A stretch of 64,000 nucleotides of DNA from Seison nebaliae. Its lineage: Eukaryota. The notes under the pieces are model-generated. The model ran no database searches, was not told the DNA's origin, and worked only from the letters and a program-made list of their open reading frames with translations. Where the stretch lies: the NCBI GenBank assembly GCA_023231475.1, contig JALJEE010002157.1:1-64000 (forward strand), written 5' to 3'. Shown here one piece after another: positions 12,601-25,688 of the stretch; the stretch's first letter is position 1, and the number at the start of each line of letters is the position of its first letter. A program made the position numbers and the translations under genes.

Positions 12601-15600
12601 TTCCTTCTTAGATATTATTTATTATTCCGTAATTAGCTTATTCCACAACGTATACATAATAATAAATTATGAAGATAAGTAACCTTTTTCTTCTTAAATT
12701 ATTCCTCAGAAACCTTCAGATTGTTCTATCGAAGTTAATGTTGAATTTTGTTTCATATATTATATCAGATGTCATTATAAGAAACTTTAGATTTTCACTA
12801 ACTTGCTTCATTTAAAAAAAAGTCCAAAACAACATTAATAAACCCGAATAATAATCGATGTTTAAACTAATTTAAAATTTCAGATAGTTTATAGTTTTAC
12901 AGTCTATTTTTAATTCTGTACTGTTCAATAAATATAAATCTTTTAAGTTAAGAGTATTAACCTTCGATAAAGGTAACTGAAGTAATTGTATCTAAATATT
13001 ACATTAAAAGTATTAAAGGGATGTTATATAATATATATGGAATATAAGTAGATTTTTAGAAACATCGATTTTTCCCCAGAGGTTATGCATACAACTAATT
13101 TAAAACAGTTAAAATTGGTGGAAATTTTGGTAACAGAACAAAATGAAGGAATAAAACAGAACAAAATGAAACAGAAAATCCCCATTTAATTTTCATTCAT
13201 TATGTGGAATTATTTTTCATTATCAACTACTGATTTTAAAATTAACGAAGTCAAATTATCAAAAATTACAGATAAATATTTCCTTTCATTATATAATATT
13301 TTCCGTTTGGTCATGTATTGATAATTTCATCGTGCGTTTTATCATGACCATTCTAGCATACAACCGTTGCACTGGAATATATTATGATTTCACCAAGAGT
13401 ATAATTCACCTGGGACATTTATTTGATGAATTTGCCTTCAAATTAGGTAATGTCAAACTAGGTTGGTATTTATTTGTTGTGTCCGATTTTTTTTAATATA
13501 CGCATCGAATTTCTTCTAATATACTTTAAAGACACACCATCTTTATTGATATTCGGTTGATAATCATAATTATAATCTTTCAATAAAAAAGGCGATTGTG
13601 TACGACACTCCCATTTTGTATTTATAGATATTGGATTATATATTGACCTATTCCTCTTATTACAAATACATTTCTTCGAAAATGATTATTCCGATTCACT
13701 CCCAGTCGACTTTGCATTGCTTATTTTCCATTTGCATTAATTTCAAACTTATATTATTTTGTTTTTTCAAATTTACATTATTATTAATAACAAGAAGATA
13801 TTGTCCTTCGGAGACGGCTTAAACTATTTAATTGAGTTGCTGTTCCGAACCTAAATCTAAAACTGTTTGTTTATTCCATAAAATGAGTTCGCTGATTAAT
13901 CCATCAATATTAATGTGACAATTATTATCTGTAATAATTCATCATCCATTCATACATATATACATCTATGAATCTCCATAATAAATATGATAATTTTTTT
14001 ATTAATAACTATCCACTAACTATTATTAACTCCACTTTCGGCTCTATTATTTTTCACATTTATTTTAGCAATATCAATGCAATATCTAATTTAAGGTCAA
14101 TAATCTTCAAAGACTTTACCTCAGCACCGAATCGTCTATTTATTGGAAGTATGATAGAATAAGTTCCTTCATTCATGTAATGCAATGTAAAACATTTGGT
14201 TAGTACAATTTGTTTGTTGTATAACAATCAGAATAATAATAGGTCAATAACAATAATAAAATTATTCCAAATTTCCGCTTATCGACGGAAGTTGAACTAA
14301 TGTACTCATATATTGAAGATTTTCCTCCGATTTTTATGATTAACTAAATTACTAAAACTAAAGTCGACTTCATTTTGAAGATGTTTACCTTTTCTATGAT
14401 TTTTCTTTCTATTCAACTGCCAAACTTCTATTATTATTAGTAATGCAGAAGTTGAAGATCGAATATGTCAATTCCAGAAAACTCCAATTTTTTTCTATGT
14501 TACATTCCTCATTTTTTTTCGGGTGTGTCTTGTCCATTACATTGCAAATAAGTAGAATAGAAAGATTTCGATGAATAAGATTTTAAGTCATAACTTTAGC
14601 AAATGTATCGAACTATATCTAGTAAGTATGAATATAAATCTTCAATGAAAAATTTCGACTGTTGGAATAACAATTACTAATGTTTTTCGAAAAATTGTGT
14701 TTCACTTTAAGGCAAACTATAATTTATTCTTACAGATTCATCATGAAAGCATAATTATTCAATAAGATAATTGACATCATTATTTTGAGAAAGAAGTGGA
14801 ATCGGAAAAACCATCAATTATATAGGAGGCATTCCCAAGGAACTAGTTCTGGTTTAACATGTAAATTGGTCTCCTAAGCCATTTTGATAATTAGCTTTCT
14901 AGGGATTGAGCATCTTTCTGATTGTACGGAATATAACACTCTAGTTAATTAAGTGACATTATTCGAATTGGAATAACGCCCATTTTCTTCCAAGATAGGA
15001 AGCAAATTAGAATATCTTTTTCCACAAAAAACATGTCTTTCGGAAAATTAATATTTTACATCACCTTTCTTCTTCTTCATGGTGTTACTAATGATTTATA
15101 GAATGAATTGGTATGAAATGAAATATAATCTAAAAATTGGAAAGTGCATTTTGATTTCAACACATTGGGTCAGGATTATTCACACGTAAGAGTTCGATGA
15201 TATGAAATTTTATATGGCGCTCGAGTTTTATTCCAATTCCGATATGTGCAATCATTCTTATAAGATCATTTTCATCCTTCTAATGTTTGTAATAATTACC
15301 AATCGACGATGAATGAAAACATTTTCTTTTTCTTTTTACAACATAATTCAGCTACATTTCACGCATTGTAAGATATTTTTTTTAACCAGAATAAATCAGA
15401 ATTACAAGTTCAATAATTTCTCGTTATCATAAGACATTGAAAGATTGGGAAAACAATCTGCATAACATTGAGAAAATATTGTAATCTCGCAATGACCGAC
15501 AAAAAAATTTTAATCATGACATAACAAATTTAAGTGGATTAATCAGGATATACGTTACCGTATATTGGATTAATTTTTTCGTAAAAATCGTCAGGAGTTG

Positions 15601-18449
15601 TATAAGTCGGATAGTCAGTTTCCTGTTGTTTATAAACATATTAACAGTAAGCATAATGTTCAGTTTGCACTTATTGTCACGGAATTCTTTTAGTATAATT
15701 TCATTGTAACATTATCAGTCTATTTATTATCATCAGTCATTAGAGATGGACTTATGTTAGATGTTTTTTCAGTAAGCTAAAAATTATTTATATCTTTATA
15801 AATATTATAAGAATTATTAGTTTCTAATATTAAAATTATGTAGGTCAAATTTCTCCCAATTTGTATCGAGTTACTTAAATCGATAGAGAAAAACAATACT
15901 GGTTCACTTAACAAATCAGAAATTTCTAAGAAATAGTATGAGCAACAATCACGAAGAAGTAATGATAGATTCTATCAGTGATTATATGACGGATATTTAA
16001 AGAAGAAAGTACATTCGGATGTCCATCTACTAAAAGAAATGGAAATAGTTAATGCAGACATAAATCCCGGTTAGAACCATAATCATAACTATGAATAGCT
16101 AAGTAACTTCCGTAAAATTCTATGGACACTTCTTACTCCCAATCCGGAGACTAATGATTCATGAGTGGAACAGAGTAAATTGAACGATAAGTTACGAAAA
16201 TACGTAACTTCAAATTTCTGCTTAAATAGAGAGAATAACTAAAAGTAACTGAAGAATGTTGTTCCGTAGATTCTATTATCCGTAGATCCGGAACTTTTCT
16301 TCTTTTTGTCTATTCGCCATTCGAGAAAAATTATATCGCTAAATTTTGATAAATTAATATTAATATATAAAGAAATTCGAGAAAGGTAACATAAATTTTA
16401 CAATTTTCCATCGTACTATCGATATGTTACGATATGTCTGCGACATGTTAGATTAAAATATACATATTTTTTAATCTAACGTAAGATCACCAGTTTCCGG
16501 TAGGAATCTCACGAGAAATACCAAGTAGAGCAAAGAACAAAATGACGAATAATTATTCATGGCGATAGGAAATTAGTTGTCTGTAAAAATGTTTAGTGAA
16601 AATGAAGATGATTTTAAGTTTGAATTGACCGACACAAATACCATCTTCTTATTGACATTAGTAATAAATTATTGATAATATTGCAATAAAAATTGTTTTA
16701 ATAATTAAAATTATTTCTAAAAATTTTTATGTATTTTTAATATTCCTAATCCAATAACATATATGAGGTATAAAATTATATGATTTTATTAATTATTATA
16801 CATAATTTGTATGTACTAACAATAATTGTAAGAGTTTGCTACGAATTCTTGAGAAGAGGAAATCTTACAAATCGTTCAAGATTTCCCTATTTGCACTTTA
16901 TATTTGAAGATATCAGTGGCATCATTCAGTAACATCATGCACCAGTTTACCATAATGTCATTCAATTGGAGAAAGAGTGTAATATACGAGAAATAAATGG
17001 TCGACTATTTAAATTTACATATATGTCTTATACATTTTCCTACAATCTTCTATCCAGTTACAAGCCAGATATAATGATCATCAACGATCTTTGAAGAGAA
17101 GATCAGCATGATTATGCATTTTAGATCAATTATTTCTAATTGACATTTCTTTTGTCTTTGACTAGTCTTTCCTCTGGTCGATATCCATTCGGTCTTTTAT
17201 AGGGACAAATATGCGAACTGACAACATGCAACATAGAACGTTTTGGATATGAATGTTATAAATTTAGTAATTAAGAATATGGTTAAGATTTCAATATAAG
17301 TCGGTTCACGGAAATATCGAAATTCCTTATTCAAGTATTCAGTTTGAAGTAGTTAGAATTTTTAGACGTATATCATCTTATAAAATATTTTTAATTAAAT
17401 TTTTCAAAATTCTGATTGATATATTTGCTGAAAATATAATAACGGTAATCGATTTTGGTATAATTTAATTTATAATCACTTTACCATTTGACGAAAAGAA
17501 TCCGATTAGAATGAACGAATTGATGTGGATGCTTCCGAGATGTACTTAAATTTCATCCGAATATTATTTTGGAATAATAGTGAATTGTTAATAATTGTTA
17601 ATAATTTTCTTTTATGCCTCGAAATATATATTTGTGTGGAACATTTCGCCGGACATTCAACTCAACACATTTTGTGCAATAGTTCGTAAGACATAAATAT
17701 CCAGTTCATTCGAAATTCTCAAGGGTCTAAGAAGTAAAGTAATTTAATTTTTTCAAATAATTCTCGACTCTACTGATATTCAACAGAAATTAATATTATA
17801 AGTAATAATTCAAGTTTTCCCAGGATATTAATATTTTCAGACAAATTCAGTCTATCATTAGGGAAATAGCGGTTTTTTTTATATTAATATTGAAATTGAC
17901 AATAAATCTACTTCAGTGAGCCACTTAACGTAAGTTAATGTAAACTTCATATAAAAGACGTATATTATTTATGAATTATACGAAAAATTCAGACAAATTA
18001 TTATGAGTGAAATGGGAAATGATTTGAATAAATTTTTTGACATGTAATAATTCCATTGAATACATGACAGTTCGATTAGTCACGTATATGGAATTGGAAT
18101 GAATATTTTGCATATCACTAATAAAGGCTCTTCTCAAAGATTTTTAATATTTATGTCCTTTAATTTTATTTACATATTTTTAATTTTACATTTCATTATT
18201 ATTCTCCATCTGTTCATTTGTTTAGAGTTCTTTAATTCTAATGATTGTTTCGGAAATTGTTCATTTTATGCTTCGCACTACATTCTCACTGAAACACTCA
18301 GTATGTTTATGCCTGAAGTATTGAAAGAGCTTACCAAATATTTTTCATTATAATATTTCTTTAAGAAATTATTGTGGAATTTTGCAACTATATCAATTAC
18401 CAATAATTAAATCAGAATTAATTTCAGGATACATCTGTCTAATTTCAAA

Positions 18450-19982
18450 ATGGATTGGATTCATCTTCTCAATTTGACGGATAAGGAAGTCGTCGGAATA
18501 TTGAGAGTAGTAGAGAAGAATTTGAATAATCAAACGGAATCATCTGATCCAATTTTCATTACCTCGTTCCTCGGCACAATCAGTTGTATAGGAATAGCGT
18601 TGAACATAACATTATTATTCTCCTTATTCCATCAGAAAAGTGTCTACTATCGACGACGAGAACAAATTAGAAATCATTTCCGAGGTTTCCGTACACTCCA
18701 CAAATCATCAGCGATTTTGAAGGAAAAGTTTTCGAGACCACTTCTGGGTAATCGTCGTACTAATGGAACATATCCAATCGTTCTGATGACGGACATTGTT
18801 GATTTTGGACAAAATTCGTCGAAAACATTAAAAGGTCCTGAAGCGAGAAGTTTCTCAGATTCTCAACATTCGATGCCGTATTATAATAAGAATATTCTAA
18901 AAGACAAACGACGACGAATGAGTCTCAAACATCCGATAATTAGATCGCCCCAAAGAAACCCTAAAATGGTCACATCGAAAATGAATGGAGCATCTCGTCA
19001 AAGTACAGGAAATACAACGCCAAATGGAAGTACATCATCATTGATGTTATCATTGTTAATCTCGTTGACATTGATCAATACATTCATTTGTTGTTTCTCG
19101 ATTCCATCAACGATTATTGATTATTGGATGCCAGAAGTTAAATTGGAAATTCGATGTAAGTTAAGCCAACTTATAAGAACATTCCCAATCAGTCTATCTC
19201 TCGGTATATTGGCATTGATCGCACTTGAACGAATGCATCTATTATTTCGTGGGAAGAATTTGAAGACTTCACATATCGTCAAAACGATTATCACGAAAAT
19301 GGTCAACACGAAAAATAGTTTGAAATTTTTATTATTCATTTGCACATGTCTCGCTTTCGTCGAAGGCGTTTGTGACATGTTAATCAATTCCACCATAATC
19401 ATGAAACGTTTTCGAATGAATCGATGCGTATTATCACATTCCATCATCTCCAAATCGTTCTGGTTGGTCATCAAATATCTATTCATTTCCCTCAAACTCT
19501 TTTACGTTACCACGACAATTATCGCCTATATCTGCATATTCGGTATCGTAAATAATTATAGTAAGAAACCTCCATCGTCGACATCATCTCTGAAATTGTT
19601 GGAATCATGCCATAATACTTATCGACGATGTTCCAGTATTTTCCGCAAATCGATGGAATCGAAAACGGAAAATAAATTAACTGTTCAAGCGATAGACAAT
19701 ATCGAGATATCAGGTAAAACGACCACAAATCAAAGCTCTCATACGAAACGATTTAATAAGAGAACAAGAAATCGCCGAAATCGTATCGCTATCATCGTAT
19801 TCTTAATTTCCATCATTCATATCATTTCGATGATTCCCTGGTTTATCAAAGTGGTGTTTCCTCATATTAAAATCAATTTCATGTATTACTCTTTCTATTT
19901 TAATGCGGTGCTCGATCCGTTAATTTATGGCATAAGCATTTTGAAGATTTCATTCTGTTGGAAGAAGAAATCATCGACATAA
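18450..19982 (+). CDS. Intronless orphan rhodopsin-family (class A) GPCR
   Basis: Seven hydrophobic segments. TM1 ...GIALN, TM3 CKL...LIALERM (DRY-like), ECL2 Cys, TM6 IISMIPW, TM7 NAVLDPLIYG. Confidence 0.85.
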   Translation: MDWIHLLNLTDKEVVGILRVVEKNLNNQTESSDPIFITSFLGTISCIGIALNITLLFSLFHQKSVYYRRREQIRNHFRGFRTLHKSSAILKEKFSRPLLGNRRTNGTYPIVLMTDIVDFGQNSSKTLKGPEARSFSDSQHSMPYYNKNILKDKRRRMSLKHPIIRSPQRNPKMVTSKMNGASRQSTGNTTPNGSTSSLMLSLLISLTLINTFICCFSIPSTIIDYWMPEVKLEIRCKLSQLIRTFPISLSLGILALIALERMHLLFRGKNLKTSHIVKTIITKMVNTKNSLKFLLFICTCLAFVEGVCDMLINSTIIMKRFRMNRCVLSHSIISKSFWLVIKYLFISLKLFYVTTTIIAYICIFGIVNNYSKKPPSSTSSLKLLESCHNTYRRCSSIFRKSMESKTENKLTVQAIDNIEISGKTTTNQSSHTKRFNKRTRNRRNRIAIIVFLISIIHIISMIPWFIKVVFPHIKINFMYYSFYFNAVLDPLIYGISILKISFCWKKKSST

Positions 19983-20478
19983 ATCATATTTCATGTGCAC
20001 TTCGATCTATCATTTCGATCTTATCAAAATTTCATTATTATATTTATATTCGGTTTGAAAAATTAAATTAGAATTTTATTTTTTTATTAATTTTCATGAT
20101 TAAATTGCAATTCATAAATCTGAAAAAAATGATGGTTAATCAACACTTATATGCACTTATCAATATAAGTGGCAAGCAAAAAAGATATTTATTTCATTGA
20201 TATGGGAATTTAGAATTCATAGATAAGAACTGTAATCAGGTCAAATTTAATCATAATAATTTTAATCATTAAATGATCAGTGACGAATGATAATAAGTTC
20301 AATTGAAAAGAAAACATGACTCACTCGAAGCAATTGAAGAAGAACAATTACAGTATCGAAATATGTTACAACAAAAATTATTTAGTGAAGTATTAAACAA
20401 AATGGAAAATTTAAAATATTTTAAAAATTAAAAAGACGAAAAATATTTTTCATTTGGACTTTTCTTCTGAGAAGAAAT

Positions 20479-23400
20479 TCATTTCGGATTATCCTTCTTA
20501 TCATCAACCGGTTTCGTTTCACAATTAAGTGGCTTGATGGAAATTTCGGGCATAGTCGTCGTTCTTGTAAGTGGTAAGAACGACGACTGTGAATTGCCTG
20601 AAGAAAATCCCCGAGATGTATTACCGGTTATCGAATCATTTATTCGGATTCCATTCGGATTTATTTGGCGATAATTTCCTCTCACCACACTTCTTGTATT
20701 ATATTGTTTGGAAGCATTAGAAGGAGAATAATTATAAGAACATTCATAATTCGGTCGAATAGTTTCATTCGAATAGTTTCCTATTTCACGACCACTAATT
20801 GGTACTCGAGTACGAGTATAATGACGATCAGTAGAGGGAAGTGTACGAATAAATGGAACTGGACGATGACTCGAATTCCGTGAAGTAGTAGAACTTGAGC
20901 AACATTGTTCTCTTGAATAATTCGAAGGATTTCGAACGTACAAATGACCATTTTGACCCTGTGATGGTTGCTGAGATGGAAAATGTGAATTTTCAAATAA
21001 ATTCGATTGTCTCTGTTGAATGTGGTCAGATTGAACTCGATGAACATTCGACCGATTTCCTAAGAGTTCTCCATTGTTATAATATTGACGATTACCAACT
21101 TGTGAATTGGACGACTGATCGATATTTCGATATGTCATTAAATTCTCACAATTTTCTCCCCCAGAACAATTTCTACTTTCGTCTTTAGTTTTATTGGAGG
21201 ACGAAGACGATGTGACTTGACAATCATTTGGTTTGTTATTATCATCGTTTATGGAATTGGAATTCATTGACAATCCATTTGTGATGGTGGATGCATTGTT
21301 TACCGTAACATGTCGAATGGTCATTTTGGGATGAATAAGTTTGTAGTTGGTTGGTTGACATCTGCCGCTACGTGTTACTCTTGACGATAACGGTGCAGTA
21401 GACATGTTGTCATAATTGACGATGGAATAACTGCACTTGATGGGAATTCCATTTTTTAAATTAGCTTCTAATTCTTCTTTTTTCTTCTCGGAATTCACAT
21501 CGTCCTTTATAATTGTTGTCGCCAATTTATTGTTACTGTTCGATATACAAATCGTTTTCTTGTTCGATATTTCGAGAGGATTTTTTAGAGAATCATTTTT
21601 CAATTCTCCCGAAATTGGAGTGGATGAAGAAACTTCAGAATTGTTGAATTTTCGATCAAGTTTCGTTTTAATTTCGATCGAATCCTTTTTCGTCGATATT
21701 TTCTTCGACGGCGTTTCTCCATCTAATGAACTGAATTCTGATGATTTGTTTCCCATCGGTTCATTCTCTTTCTGTTGTTCCTCGATCAATTTTCGCATTT
21801 TACCTGGTTGTCCATTCTTCTTATTCTCCAAGATTCGTTTTCTTTCCTTCTCTTTCGCCGATCGTCTTATTCGCAAGAACTCTTTAGTACTCCAAGAAAT
21901 TCTCCAAAAAGCTCCTTTACCAACCGCATTCTGTCCACGATCAATTCGTCTAAATATTGGATTTAATGAAAGATTGTGACGAATGGAATTCTATTGAAAA
22001 TTTAAAAAATTTTTAAAATAAAAAAATTAAATTCGAAGAAATAACTTGCCATCCTTTATCGCCATTTTTATAATAAACATAATTCGTTTGGATATAATTA
22101 TAGATCATAGCTAAAGTCATTCTTTGATTAACAGCCGATGTAATTGCCTCCTCAATTAATTGAGCGTAAGAGAAATTAGGACGGATAATTCCTTCACCAT
22201 TAACATCATAACGGAATATCTGTCGTTTCTTCGATTTGCTTCCCCCATTTTTCTTATTTTTACTTCCTGACATTTTCTCTCCGTTCTCATTCGTCGAATC
22301 CGAACCAGGTGGTCCATCGATTGCCAGATCATTTCCATCAGTTTCGAAATTGTTTCCATTATTATTATGGAGATCAACAAGTGACGAACTGCGAGAAAAA
22401 TTCGAATTATTTAACGAATTCTCATCATCAGACAAATTGTCTACCCTTAAATTTTTCGAACTATTTTCGTCATTTCTTTCCGTCGATTTCAAAGTCGATT
22501 CCACTTCAGGTATTACATCATCTTCATCGTCAGAGAATTGTCCTTCAACTTCGGTTTCCATTTTTTCTTCATTTGTATCATTTTTCTCTTCGCCATTAGA
22601 ATCGGATTGTTTTGATGATTGTTCGTCATTGGTATCTCCTGATTCTTTACTATATTCTGAATTTTTAGTATCATCTTGTTCCTCACTTCCATTACTTGAT
22701 CCACTTCTACTCGAATCATCTTTTTTAGACGATTCATCCGAATTATTGTTAGTTTTGTTTGATGAATCAGAATCATCTTCTTTCTTCGAACTTTCATCAC
22801 TGACTTCAGTTGATGTATTTTCCTTAGAACTAAATTGAACAATTTCTCCAATTTTCGCTTTTTTCGGTTCTTGATCAATAAGGAATTTTGCGTCGTCCGT
22901 TTTCCTTTTGTTTCTACAAGTCTTCGATGTGACGACTATTGGAACTCTACCGCGATTATTCAAGAGAATATCTTTAGGAATTGTATCGGTAACGGAACTG
23001 GATGGTGTGACGGTGTTTAAATTTTCGCTACTTTCAATAGATCGAACGGATGATCGACAGAAAGAAGTGGAGGTAGACATTGGAAGGAAACTATCTTCGA
23101 AGAAATCCATTTTAACCGAATCCTCTTTATTATTCTTCAAATCGATCAGTACTTTGATTCGAACTTTTCCATCGAAACAAAAGAAAGTGATAACTGATTC
23201 GTTCGGTAACCACATATTTTCTCCTGCGTCCAATTGAGTATTATTTACCATAATTCCATTCTTGCCAAAACATCTCAATAACATCGAACTATTATTCAAA
23301 CTATTGAGAACGGGAAGATAAATCAATTCGAAATGTTGACGAGATAGTTTTCTTGTTTCTCCGATTGGAATAATTTCATCCCATTTCACCGATTCATCTA

Positions 23401-23959
23401 TTATACTGTCATCGATTGTCGTTTCACCATCTCCTTTCTCTCCATCCTTCTTTTCTTCTTCATCACTCGAAATCTCTTCAATTCGACTAAACGCCTCATT
23501 ATTCTTGTTTATAATGAATTTAATCGGACGTTTCGCTAATGCCAATACGGACGAATCGATCGTACTAGTTGAGCTAAATGACGACGATTTATTACTATTT
23601 GACGATGAACCAGAAACCGTGGAAATGGTTGAGGTGAAAGAAGAATTAAGAGAGAGGATATTCTCTTCAACCAAATCGGTATTCCTGCCAAACCATTGGG
23701 AGAAGTTATACATCAGAAACTTCTTCTCATCTACTTCGATGAGTGCTAACGGTTTACTCGAAATGAATGTGAAGGAAGAACATTTCAATCGATGGGAGAT
23801 TATGTCAGAAACATGATCTATTTCAATGAATCTGTCCAACTTCCTCCCGGTTGATCGAGTACCAGGTGGAGAATAAGCCCGTTGCATATGTCGCCGTATA
23901 TCTCCGTTTTGCGCATTCTCCAATTGTTTCGTTGATTGTTCTAATCGTTTACTTCTCAT
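20479..23959 (-). CDS. FoxK: Forkhead box K transcription factor (FHA + forkhead), 2 exons
   Basis: FHA motifs FGRN / LSRQH / RCFGKNG. Forkhead RPNFSYAQLIEEAI...DKGWQ|NSIRHNLSLN...GKGAFWRI is joined by the 55-nt intron 21991-22045 (GTTATT..AG). Confidence 0.92.
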
Positions 23960-24099
23960 CTCCCAATTCTACAATGTTTCTGAAGAACAAAATTCTAAAA
24001 TTTCCAATTTATTCACAATATTTTATTCTCTCAATAAATATTTTTCGGGTGTGTACAATAAAACTCAAAGACGCAATTTGGAGGATGTTATACAAAAGC

Positions 24100-24460
24100 T
24101 TATCAAAACTATTAAATTATAAAACTATAACTCATCAGTGATAAGCTTAAGTCAAGCAAAGGAACTTTTATTAAACTCTTAACCGCAAACTTCCACTTGG
24201 TAACAACAGAGTTAGAAATCAGATCGCCTCATCCTCTACCCTGAAACCAAACCCTTCAAATTAATCTTTCTTCCATTTCCTGTCAATCTTCTGATAAGTT
24301 TATACAACTAACTTATTTGCCTGATAAGTTTTCTACTTTTGATAATTTGACACCTAACCTAGAGTATACTAACTGATAACTAAAAATGATAATAATTAAA
24401 TTAAGCTGATCTCAATAGAAAACTTAAATGTCTAAAAAATTGGTAGTTATAAAATGATAA
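24100..24460. promoter_or_regulatory. Cluster of TGATAA (GATA-type) motifs upstream of FoxK
   Basis: TGATAA at 24139, 24292, 24322, 24340, 24374, 24387 and 24455, plus TTATCA at 24100. Confidence 0.35.
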
Positions 24461-25363
24461 ACCTTAGAAAACTATAAATAAGAAAAACCCTAAAGAAAAC
24501 GAACTATGGAAATGAAGTGTCACTAAAAAATTGTGGGAAAAATGAACGTTTTGTAAAAATTGTTCATGGACTAGAAAAAAGTAATTAAAAATTTAAAAGA
24601 GCACCATTAAACATACATCGAAAAACTGAAAAATATCTAATGTTGTGACTGATTTGAAAGAATAATACGTCGACGTTCGAGATCACGTCGTGCAATTCAT
24701 TTATCTTAATCGTTTGAGGTAAATGTTCATTTGAAAAGTTAGTTTAATATTTATATTGCATAAAGTGTACTCGTTCTTGGACGATATACACGTATTCAAA
24801 TATACGGGATATTATGCTAAACTCACATAAATTCTGTATAAGCTTTGTAAAGCTTAATCTATTGTTGAGCCGCTCGATTTGTTCCTGTTGCATATTGATT
24901 TATAATTTATATTATTTATTATTATTTGCGTATTCATAAAGTAATTTACCTTTGTTGGAGGTAGAGATATATAAATATTCCTTAATAACTTTCTTTTCTT
25001 TCATGTCGTACATACAATTTGCACAAGAATTTCTACGTACAAGAACTCTCACAAAAGTAGTTAGTAGTAATGTAGAAAAAAGTGTTAAAAGTTTTATAAG
25101 AAGATTGAATGAAAAAGTTTATTTGTATAATAAAAAAAATTGATCTATGAAAACTAATAGATTAGAATTTGTAATGGGAGAAGTAATGTCCGCAGAAAGT
25201 GTGGAAGGGGGAATGGGGGTGAGTATAGACACAAAGGAAATATTTACTACAATAAATAGAAATTAGATAAAAGTGTCCACATGACAAAAATATGAAAGGA
25301 TAATGCACCGGATGCACCAGAAATACATTTAAAATAAAAATTTCTCTAAATTCAAGTTCAATT

Positions 25364-25410
25364 ATCGAATATTGATCGATATATTGATCGAATATTAATC
25401 GATATATTGA
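25364..25410. repeat. Short tandem repeat, ~4 copies of an 11-12-nt ATCGA(T)ATATTG unit
   Basis: atcgaatattg-atcgatatattg-atcgaatatta-atcgatatattg read directly, downstream of the astacin gene. Confidence 0.8.
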
Positions 25411-25688
25411 TTGTAATATGACGCAAAATCAGTTCAATAGTCTTAGAAGTATATGAGAAAGAATTGATGGAGAAGTATTGTCATTATAAGACAAATTTGG
25501 ATATTTAAGTTTGAAATTGAATTAGTTTCATTTTGAAGGAATTGTTTCAACAACATTTTATTCTTCTGCATACTTCGTCTTCTCTTATGTAATCGATATT
25601 GATGAGACATTTTGTATGATTCATTATTTCTCGATAACTTCAACAAATTTATTCCTTTCGTTTCCAAAAGATTTTGCGTCGCGTATTG

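Noticed and set aside
20428..20478. 16-codon in-frame extension after the FoxK TGA
   Set aside because: Too short to distinguish from chance.
21437..23816. Several long + strand ORFs (e.g. 21437-21979, 22236-22838)
   Set aside because: Antisense shadows of FoxK codons, S/F/L-rich with no domain motifs.
25200..25225. G-rich patch as a possible G-quadruplex
   Set aside because: Only two long G runs.
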